A DNA stretch of 39,598 nucleotides from Aduncisulcus paluster (lineage: Eukaryota). Positions 1 through 10,071 of the stretch are shown here, piece after piece. Below the pieces are notes generated by a model. The model saw only the letters and a list, made by a program, of their open reading frames with translations, did no database searches and was not told the DNA's origin. The stretch's first letter is position 1; every line of letters starts with the position of its first letter. The translations under genes were made by a program, and so were the position numbers. The stretch covers positions 1 through 39,598 of the forward strand of contig BQXS01011278.1 in NCBI GenBank assembly GCA_024181965.1. Direction: 5' to 3'.

Positions 1-654
1 AAAAGAAACAAATGCATATCCAAGCGGTTCACCGGCAGAAAACGAAGAGAGCGATGAAGTCACGGTATCAGCTGGAACAAAAGGCATTTGAGGAGGAGGA
101 GGCGGGATACCACCGGATGAACTTGATGGGGGCTGCGGTGGCTGACTTTTTGACTTTATATCCGATTCTTTATATTCACTATCATTCTCTTCTTCTTTAT
201 GATCGATAATATGTTCCAATTCTCTCTGTTTTAGTGCTTCTTTCTCCTCTATTTCTTTGGGATTGAGCTTTCGAATAAGTTTTGTTGCACAAACACGTCC
301 CCACTTCTCCATCTCATCTCGGAGAGTATGCTCATCCGTTGAATATGACAATCTTGCAATAATGACAGTATTTTGTGGATTAGGAAGCATTTTGGAGGCT
401 GGGGGAGGTGAATATGTTTGGACAGGCAGAGATGGTACAATTTCTTCCTTCCTGGATTTATCTTTTTTACACTCTTCTCGAAATGAATCCATAACACATG
501 ACATTGGTGTAATATGAGTCCCTACTCTATTCCGTTTCTTCTTAACTATAGGTGGCTTAAAAGGAATATCATTTGGTTCTAGAAATATAGAACATATCCC
601 GGTAAATGGATCAAAATAATCAGGCTTATATGTATCTAATAACCATTTTTTCAT
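1..654 (-). CDS. SNRNP70: U1 snRNP 70 kDa-like RRM protein, 3'-partial (runs off the left edge; absent from the ORF track)
   Basis: Manual translation from ATG 654 is open to base 1: MKKWLLDTY...SIFLEPNDIPFKPPIVKK...NPQNTVIIARLSYSTDEHTLRDEMEKWGRV...AGEPLGYAFVSF. This resembles the U1-70K N-terminal segment, RNP2 (TLFVAR.NY.T.E..LR.E.E.YG) and RNP1 (GKPRGYAFIEY). The paralog SNRNP35 is not excluded. Confidence 0.75.
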   Translation of the reverse strand, partial: MKKWLLDTYKPDYFDPFTGICSIFLEPNDIPFKPPIVKKKRNRVGTHITPMSCVMDSFREECKKDKSRKEEIVPSLPVQTYSPPPASKMLPNPQNTVIIARLSYSTDEHTLRDEMEKWGRVCATKLIRKLNPKEIEEKEALKQRELEHIIDHKEEENDSEYKESDIKSKSQPPQPPSSSSGGIPPPPPQMPFVPADTVTSSLSSFSAGEPLGYAFVSF

Positions 655-863
655 GTTAGTATGGAATAATATCTCCCCAATATGATCCAAAAAGGTTTTT
701 CATATCCAGTGCTGATTGGACCGGAAAGAACGAAATATTATAAATCAAAATAATCTTACAATGCAGTGGTATAATTATTTCCCAATTAAAGTAAATATTT
801 TATTTGCGAATTACAATGAAATTTCGAAATCACATTTTGGAGATGATATAAAAGAAGAAATAT

Positions 864-1721
864 ATGTATATCAATATAATTTTGTTTCTGAGTGTAATAG
901 GAATCGTTCTGGGAGACGTTCTGATTCCAAACATTGTAGTAGTTCCTGAAAAAGGATGTCGAGCTAAAATCGACAATATATATTCGTCTTCCATATTCAA
1001 AGCATTTTCCGAGCCATGTAATGATAATTTGATTTACTTTGAGGCCACGCATTCTGAATTTTCAATTTGGGTGTGTGAACTTGGTGTGTTACCATCTTCT
1101 GGAGAATGTGGGACCAATGAACCCGTTCTAGAATATCAATCATTTGAAATCGGTGAGTATTATTCTATGCTTATTCCCTCTGGTGTTCAATGTGATGGGA
1201 CTTATAATATGTATTTTATGGAATCAGATTCTGGATCATCCACCGTTCTTGCCGAGGGAGAATTCTATATTGACCCGTACGCTTATGTAAAGAGTGAGAT
1301 AAATACCCATCCAGAGCCAGGAATTACCGAAAAGGTTTCCATTGTGATGTCTTGCACCGTTTCTCCCAAGAGCATGGAAATACAGCGAATCATTCCCTCG
1401 CAAATAACAGTACCTCCTGGCTATGAGGACATGATATCGACTCTGGGATACGATACTTACAGTGAATCTCTGTATTATTTTCCTCCAGAGGATTATTGGG
1501 GCACTACAACTGTTGATGTTCTCACAATTCAATATTTCAACTATTCTTTTGATATTTCTGGGGAATTACATGGACTTGAGCAATCTCCAGCAATTATATT
1601 CCTTGGAAAACACCTCACTGGAACGGATATAGACTATATCACATTCGTTGGAGTTGTCTGTGTAACTTGTCTTGTTATGATAATTTCCTCAATTCTATTT
1701 ATAGTTCTAACGGTAAAATAA
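864..1721 (+). CDS. Uncharacterized type I membrane/surface protein, 285 aa
   Basis: ATG-started ORF with a hydrophobic signal peptide (MYINIILFLSVIGIVLG), a Cys-containing acidic ectodomain and a C-terminal TM helix (YITFVGVVCVTCLVMIISSILFIVL). Confidence 0.8.
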   Translation: MYINIILFLSVIGIVLGDVLIPNIVVVPEKGCRAKIDNIYSSSIFKAFSEPCNDNLIYFEATHSEFSIWVCELGVLPSSGECGTNEPVLEYQSFEIGEYYSMLIPSGVQCDGTYNMYFMESDSGSSTVLAEGEFYIDPYAYVKSEINTHPEPGITEKVSIVMSCTVSPKSMEIQRIIPSQITVPPGYEDMISTLGYDTYSESLYYFPPEDYWGTTTVDVLTIQYFNYSFDISGELHGLEQSPAIIFLGKHLTGTDIDYITFVGVVCVTCLVMIISSILFIVLTVK

Positions 1722-2410
1722 TATATATATAAATATTTTTTTATTTTATTTATGATATTGATTCTTCATTGTATTTGATCTATGAAATATTTTTGATTCT
1801 TCTCAATGTTCTTCAGCATTCGCTCTCCAAAACCTTGAAGATGGAAGAACATTGCCAGACCCTTGAAGAATGAACCTGAATCACATAACTCTGTGAAAAA
1901 CCACAGATTTGTAGATGATGGCAAGGTTACAATCCGAGCTTGATCCACAGTCAAATTTATTTTGTCAAATTGACAACTTGTATAACGCCACAGCATTTTT
2001 TGAGCTTTTAAAAGGATATACTATGACACTGTGGAATCCTCTCATTCATTTTCACGCCCTTTCATCCATCACCCACTCAATTATACACATTGGACTCGAC
2101 AATCGCACATGAACTCTCAACATGGAAGTACGACAATACAACTCATTGTTTGACACCTAAAAACACTCAAATATCAAAAATAAAGAGAAACAAAAAAGCA
2201 CATTTCTAAAAATAGATTTTCTAAAAATAGAATCGCCCTTTCAAAATCACATCAATTGAGTTCAATTATTGTTTAAAAACAGAATAGAATGTAATATCCA
2301 CACATATAAGAAACACCACTACTGTAGTGACTACCCTGGGTAGCTACCCACAAATTTACAGAAGACGCTCAATTACATAAACTTTAATGATTAAACTACG
2401 ATTTATTCTT

Positions 2411-5400
2411 TCAAAAGGAATCTTTATCGCCCCAAATATCATCTTGTTGAATTTCTAAGCCCATTAAAGTTTCTACCTCTCTGACTTCTCTCACAGCTTC
2501 AAGATGTTCAATAAACTCAGCCAGAGTCCCCTCAATAAACTGAATATTCGATACTTGTGCCCAATCATGTCCAGAATATGAGGTTACAAAGTTCACATCA
2601 CAGCCACAAGTATCAGTAACATTGACATCAAAGATAACTGCGTCCTTAATAAACTCAGGAGCATGGGCTCGAATACAACTACTCGACCCATTCTTCTCAT
2701 GAAAAGTAAAGTCGATATCTTCAGGTAATATTGGATTCTTCAGCCACCAAGGTTTTGAATAAACAATGCAAACCTTTGTGACATAAATAAACTTTTCAAA
2801 CTTCACGGAAAAATGACGAATCGGGAAAGAACCATTAGATGAAGATCCAGATATTAATTGCGGATTACCATTAGATTTGGCAGATAATTGAACGGAACTA
2901 TCAAAAATAGTGGCAAATAATTCTGTTTCTCTCAGTTTTGAAAGAAGAGACTGTGTCAAGCAATTACCAACTATTCTTGTTCGAAGACGCTCATTTTCCT
3001 TATGCTGATCAAATTCCGATCTAATTTTAGAGAGTTTCTCACCTTCCATCATTACTATCCTCATTCCGAGTAAAATACAGTTGACTTCTTCTACTTCATA
3101 GCCCTCATCCTCGATAGTAGCGGGACAAGACAAAAGAGCACCAACACAGTCACTACTTCTGGTGCAAGAAATGGAGCATTCAGAGACATTTGGGATATGT
3201 ATTGGCAGAGTATGCCACTGTGAGGATTCTCCAGAGAGAAGAGAAGGATCAATTCTGAACATTTTCTCAATAATCTTTTCCTCACAACTCTCTCTCTTCT
3301 TCCTCGGATGAAGAAGAAGAAGAATTTGTCTTGCATCGGACAGTCAGTTTCAGAGGTAGTGGTCTTTTCCCAATACACAGCCGTATCTCGCCCAGATCAT
3401 ATGATTGAACGAATGGAAAAGTCAAGGAACAAGCCTTAATGGGATATCCTTCATTCAAGAAATGTTCCACGTCAATTGTGGCATGATTCTTATCTTCCAT
3501 TGAAATATCATCAATGTATCTAACAAGAGCCTTCTCTGTCTGTATTTCAAGGAGAGAAGGATCATCCAGTCTCACGAAGACATCGTTTGGGGTTCCTACT
3601 TTCCAAGGATAAGCAAGGCTTTCCCTTTGTAAGTAGATCTTATATTCGTCCAAGAATTCTTCAATGGGGATAGAAAACACAGTGGATATGGCAAGGGCCT
3701 NNNNNNNNNNNNNNNNNNNNTTATCTTCCATTGAAATATCATCAATGTATCTAACAAGAGCCTTCTCTGTCTGTATTTCAAGGAGAGAAGGATCATCCAG
3801 TCTCACGAAGACATCGTTTGGGGTTCCTACTTTCCAAGGATAAGCAAGGCTTTCCCTTTGTAAGGAGATCTTATATTCGTCCAAGAATTCTTCAATGGGG
3901 ATAGAAAACACAGTGGATATGGCAAGGGCCTCATTAAAATGTTCACAGAAAACTAATCTCCTCACTTCTAATGGTATATTAACATCATTTCCACTCAACG
4001 TAAACTTTGGCATATCCTTAGGGTCAAATTTGACCAAGCCATCAGACAAAGAACCAGTCCCAGGTAATTCAAATTCATCTGCCTTCAGAGGAATGTGATT
4101 AGGCCTTTTTAGTCCATGTCTTGGATTCCACTTTCCAGTCCGGAATTTACCTGTGCGGTCCCGTTGCTCTTTTTCATTTTCCTCCATTTTTATGATCAGT
4201 TTCAAGAATTCTTTTGAATTCCTATCAACAACATTTTTTGTTGAGGATTGTAGCAAAAATGAGATAATGGCACATGTATTTCTAAAAATAGATTGTTCGA
4301 CACCCTTAGTTTTCGAAATATAAAGACGATATATTATCCATAGAGAAAACCATTGACGTAGTTCATCAATGGATTCATTGAGAGCTCTGGGTTTGTTATC
4401 AGTACAAAGATATGCCAAAGCTTGATGCCTTTCCCTTGGAAATAACAATATTGCACGGATAAGAGCATGAATCTGAACCAATTGTAAGATAGTATCAGAA
4501 AAACATTGGAAACGCATGAGATTGTTAACAAAATGGACGTAAGACTGACACAAAAGATCCCATTCCATACTCCCAGGAGTTAAACATGATAAAGAATCCC
4601 CAGATTTGAACTGAATGGGTAGATCAGAATGTATAGAAAAGAATGGAAGACAAATTTCTTCAATCAAGCTATTACGATTGATTCCTTGAATTACACAATC
4701 GGGTGATATTATCAACTTTTTCTCAAACCTAAAAATAGGTTTTATAAGATCATGATTCCATAAATTATAAACAGTGTCATGTCGTCCCAATGCGAATAAG
4801 GCCAGTATTTCATTAAAACTCACACTACAAGACTCATGTAAGGAAGAATATGGAATAAGAGGAGAATCAAAAGGAACTCTCTTCGCAAAACATGATATCA
4901 ATGGATTAGAATAAAAAAGAGTCGATATTCCCATAACATTCCCATTCAACTTCAGGATTGGTGTCGTCTTTTGGTCCATTTCTTCTTTTGGAATCTTTTG
5001 TTTCTCTTTTTCCTCCCCTTCTTCTTCTTCTTTTTCTTGCACTTTCTCAGATATCCTAAAAATAGATTTCAGTTCTGGATGAACAGTTTGACTCAATTTA
5101 TCCCGAACAATGGGTAAGGTGGCCTCGAGGAAAGTTCCCAAAGCCTTGGGAGCAATGGAGATTCCAATGAGGGAAAAAACATCAGAAAGAGCAGATTTAA
5201 TGGTCAAATTAAGAGAATCTTTGTTTAATGTTTTTCTAAGGCTTTGTAAAATGTCCAAATCATCAATAGTCCTTGAGAGATAACTTAAAAATATATTTAT
5301 AAAGCGACTATTTTTAGACACAATGAGTTTCTCAAGGTNNNNNNNNNNNNNNNNNNNNCAATTTATCCCGAACAATGGGTAAGGTGGCCTCGAGGAAAGT

Positions 5401-8400
5401 TCCCAAAGCCTTGGGAGCAATGGAGATTCCAATGAGGGAAAAAACATCAGAAAGAGCAGATTTAATGGTCAAATTAAGAGAATCTTTGTTTAATGTTTTT
5501 CTAATGCTTTGTAAAATGTCCAAATCATCAATAGTCCTTGAGAGATAACTTAAAAATATATTTATAAAGCGACTATTTTTAGACACAATGAGTTTCTCAA
5601 GGTCAAATTTAGTCAGGGAATCAAATATATCCTTCACAATTGCACCATTTGATTCCGAAAACAAAGTTGGATCAATAAATACTGACCTATCTTTCATAGA
5701 TTTCATAAATATTTGATTTAGAATGCCGGAAGAAGCCCTAACCCAATGAATATCAAACATTTCAGTCGTCAAGGCCCTTGTATATTCTTGTCGACCTGGA
5801 ATCGATAGAGAGACTGAATTATAAGCAAGCAAAAACTCACTCACTAAATCAATTTCATCAGTTGATTTCAGCAAACTCAAATCAAAATAATGATTCCAAT
5901 TCGATTGAGGTCCAAAAACGATTGAATATATAGTCCCAATAATCTCTTTGTATTGCCGAGAAGATATAAAATTCTGGTGCAATAATTGCAACATACATCG
6001 AAACACCAACGAAACAAACATAATCAACCCATTAGCAGTGTCAATAATAAGATTATTGGGAATAATGTTCATTGATTTTGTAAATTTCTTTGAAACATCC
6101 ATGGTTTCCATGAACTTAGAGAATTTTGGATGTTTTTTGACTGTTGAGACCAGCCGAGGCTTTCGAATAATAACATCGAGTTGATCTCCAGTTTCTTCTT
6201 CTCCTTTTTTCTCCTTTTCTTTTGACTCTTCTTTCTCTTCTTTCCTCCCTTTTCTTTCAGGAAACATTAGGGAATAGAAAACCCCAGATTCCTTCGAAAT
6301 ACATTCAGATTGCAAGGAAATATCAATAATTTTCGGAGAAAACAATTCATGCAAAAATGTACCTTTTGTCTCTTCTTTTTGTTTTTTTGTAAAATTCTCA
6401 AAGTTCTTTAGAAATCTTTCAAAACACAAACTAACAAAACGTTCATCAGACATGAATTTCTTGACAAACTCAGCCAAATCAGAGCAAAATATTTGCAAAG
6501 GAGAACCATAAAAACAGCTAAAGCAATATAATACATCAAATTCACCTTGGAACAATAAATTAAGAAATACCAATTTTGGATTTCGACGCAATAATATATT
6601 CTTTTCACCGATCGACCTTTTATAAACACAAACCGAAATCGGAATCGGTTCTAATTTTGTTGAATAAGTAGAACAAAATTCTCTCGAAGATTCCTTGTCT
6701 TCTTCACTCTTATCATGAACTTGAGATTGGAGGAAAAAAGGTATCAAATGAGAAAGTAAGCTATTTTTAGATGAGAGATCATCCATGGAATGTAAAATCA
6801 ACCAATGAATCAACCATTTTCTCAATTGTCGGAGAGAGGAAGAAAGAAGAGATCTCAAGTCGGTATGGGATTGACCGATTAATCCACAAATATGACAATG
6901 AACCTTTGAGACAATCTTGCACACATCTTGCACACTATTTTCCTTGTAATCAGACAAATGCTTACAAATACCAAGATAATATGATTCACATATCAATTCC
7001 CAACCGACCAATGAGAATCGTTCAACCTCCTCATCACTGAGGAATAAAAATAGATCACGATAATCATCAGAATCGGTGTGGTTCTTTCCTTGTTCTGGAA
7101 TACCCTGAGATAACAGAGACTGAAGAGTGAAACTGGGGAGTAAATCATCGTCTTTACACACTTCATAGGGAAATACAGCTCGCGTGATAGGTCTAGCAAG
7201 GATAGTACCTTTAAATAGATCCTGAGAACATGGTTCTTTGACAACTCCGAGATTAAATAAAAGGTTGACCTCATCAAAATACCCACATGCAAGCAAAGAT
7301 AACGCATCTTCAAAAGATAAAAATAGACCAGATTGAGAAACTACTTTCCCACGTTCGTATGATAGAGGTGCAAGGACACACTGTACCAAGAACATATTGG
7401 TTGAATGGAAGGCATCTTTAAATTGGTAGCTATCAGGACACAATGGACCTATAAACTCCCATTTATCGAATATATTTTTAGAATGGCTGAGAAAGTATGC
7501 TGTTATTCTCCAACCTTCGACTGTTGTGAGAAAGTATGAAGCATGTTTGAAGAAGAGGGACTTAATTATGAGTCTCTTATCGTGCAGAGAGAAAGAAGGA
7601 AAAGATTTCAGGAAAGAGGAGACAATCATCGGAATGGAAGGGTGAGATATCTGCGCTATATGACTCAAAAAAGCAGGCAAAGACATTTGGAGCACTTTGG
7701 TAGCAAATTGGCATAGAAAAGACACGATGCTCTTATAGTTAGTCAAAATTTGTTGAAAGGAGGGCTCTAACCATGAATCCACACATTTTATAAGATATTC
7801 AACAATGTTCTTGTTCTTCCCAGGAGTTGGAAGAAATGGAATGTGCAATAAGGCCTCACGGGTGGCAGTACAATTAGATTTACACATTAATACATGACAA
7901 ATAAACACTTCATCGGAATAAGGAAATTTCGATGGACATTTAGAAAGACCATTAGAGATTAATGGACACAAAACAGAACCCTTTCCACCGGATTCGATAG
8001 ATTTGACCAAAACACCTGAAAAAGAGTAAAATAAAGAATTAAATAGCGAATAAGAAAGGATTTTAAGGTCAATATCGGTAATTTTAGAGCTAAATAAGAG
8101 AGAAAAAAGGGTGAATACAGGAACAAGATTAGGAACTTCAGAAGAGGATTTTAAATTCTTAAAATACATAATTAAGAGTTGTTTCCATTCGTAAATATCC
8201 AAAAGATGCAGAAAATTTCCGGGAATACTCCCGAAACTAGATTTTGTATCAACTTCAGATTCATGAAGAGAATTCAAACCCAAGCACAACAAACGCACAC
8301 TTTTACCAAATATAATGCATTCAATTGGATGAGAAATAGCAATAAGATCTCCGGAATTGGATAGAATAAAAAGATCTTTACACTGAATTGAAACAAGTTT

Positions 8401-8742
8401 TGAAAGTAAGAAAAGAGTGCTTTTCTCAAGAATTTCATGAGTTTCATGTTCACTAAAATAATAAAATGAGAGTGAAACGACATAAAGTAACTGAAATGGC
8501 AAAGAGAGGTATTGATGAGGTGAAGGGAGATATATACTCTCTTCAGAACAAATAGAATCCCATTCCACGAAAGAATTAAGATTAGTAAATATATCACTGA
8601 GATCAGATTTTGATTCCAGATCGTTCATCAATGAAATAAGAATTGAGAAATGACTCGATTCATCGAGAGAAATAGAGAGAGGAAGTGTATCTAGAGGCAA
8701 TATAAAGTCCGAATCATCTTTATCTGTTGCACTGTTGGACAT
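2411..8742 (-). CDS. Large orphan protein (~1945 aa reconstructed); ORFs 5332-8742, 3282-5447 and 2411-3262 appear to be one gene
   Basis: Collapsing the two gap-flanking duplications (265 and 231 nt) joins the first two ORFs in frame. Adding one AG unit in the (AG)n tract near 3288-3297 joins the last ORF (SSSSSEEEERESCEEKIIEKMFRIDP). The last join is less certain than the first two. Confidence 0.75.
3490..3931. repeat. Gap-flanking duplication (211 bp x2 around a 20-N gap); assembly artefact
   Basis: 3490-3700 matches 3721-3931 except T3634/G3865. Confidence 0.9.
5094..5603. repeat. Gap-flanking duplication (245 bp x2 around a 20-N gap); assembly artefact
   Basis: 5094-5338 matches 5359-5603 except G5240/T5505. 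Confidence 0.9.
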
Positions 8743-9186
8743 TTTGTGTGACCAAAATCAAGTTAAATTGTTCCATTTTGTAATTTAATTTTTCTCTTTA
8801 TCCCATTGATATTATTCTCATATCGTCAATAAAAATCAAATAATACTTTAAATCAACAATATTTTTTTAATTTTATGATATCTCCTTCGATTTGTATTAT
8901 CTCGGAGACTTTTTTTTCGCAGAGTTTGCCGTCATATAAATAAAAATCATATTTTTTTCAAATCCACTGGGATTTATGGCACAAAACGTTTTACTATCTA
9001 GGTGAAAAGCGTGATCTGGTACTTATGAAGAATAAGACACCAAAAGGCAAACTTTACCAAAAATGCAGTCAAAGAACAGACCAGAAAACCTGGTGACTCG
9101 CAGTTAATTTTTACTATTTTTGTTCTGATATATAAAATTCATAACACAGAGGACTAATATTGTGGCAAATGTAACAATTCATCAAA

Positions 9187-9861
9187 TCACTTGATTTTCC
9201 TCACAAGTGGAGGAGCAGATTCACCAGACCAGAAAGATTCAGAAAGAGTCTTATCTAAGGTCCTTTTTGGAGCAGTCATTGCTTGGAAAGTGGCAGTTTT
9301 CTCAAAAGTCTTCTTCTCTTTGCATGAATCAAGAAATCTTGCCTTGAAGACAGGTTTCGCAACTCTCCCTCTAAAAGAAACAATACAAAGACCAAAGTCC
9401 AAAGAACCATCAATACCTTCGAGAATAAGATGTTCCAATGAGTTAAAAATACTTTTTAAAGCAACTTCCACGTCTTTAGCGGAAAATCCTATTTTGGCAC
9501 TAATAGCATGATATGACAAACGAACACAAGGGGGATATTTCTCAAATAACGTCCCTTCACATCCAGCATGAGAGACCTGATCGAACTGAACAGCAGAAGC
9601 CTTTAACATCAGTTTTGTAAGGAAAGAAGTAAAAAACACTAATAGAGGTTCTCTACGAATGCTATCTCCTTTTCTGTGATTTTTGAACAAAAATGCCCCA
9701 AAGTTTGGAATGTAGACCCCCTTTCCCATGGTCATTTGCTCTTCTAGATAGGTAGTAAATCCATGCCAAGTCGAATCCAACAATTCATAAAATTTTTGGT
9801 TATCTTTGACCGATTTTTCTTGAATGGCCTTATCAAGAAGTTTATAGAATGAAAAAGGCAT
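9187..9861 (-). CDS. CCDC81-like protein with two HU-type domains (~224 aa)
   Basis: WHGFTTYLEEQMTMGKGVYIPNFGAF matches the CCDC81 HU domain 1 pattern (W.......QL...KGV.IP..G.F). VRLSYHAISAKIGFSAKDVEVALKSIF...LDFGLCIVSF matches HU domain 2. The start is placed at MPFSF (ATG 9861); upstream in-frame ATGs exist. Confidence 0.75.
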   Translation of the reverse strand: MPFSFYKLLDKAIQEKSVKDNQKFYELLDSTWHGFTTYLEEQMTMGKGVYIPNFGAFLFKNHRKGDSIRREPLLVFFTSFLTKLMLKASAVQFDQVSHAGCEGTLFEKYPPCVRLSYHAISAKIGFSAKDVEVALKSIFNSLEHLILEGIDGSLDFGLCIVSFRGRVAKPVFKARFLDSCKEKKTFEKTATFQAMTAPKRTLDKTLSESFWSGESAPPLVRKIK

Positions 9862-10071
9862 TGAAATTAATCTCAGATGTGACAAAATCCAAGTTTTGTG
9901 TTCTTGCATTAACACAGCATACTTTTATCTTTCTGAGCAGAAAAAAATATAATACAATTGAAATTATTACCTGTATATAATCGTATATCATGAATTTCAT
10001 TTATATTTTGATCAGGGAGCTTGGAAGTTGCATTTTTTTTTTCCCTGTGATTGGTCATCTTTTGATTGAAA

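Noticed and set aside
1766..2160. Short ORFs on both strands and a possible minus-strand splice acceptor near 2157
   Set aside because: All frames are interrupted by stops, there is no GTATGT donor and no recognisable motif; at most a decayed coding remnant.
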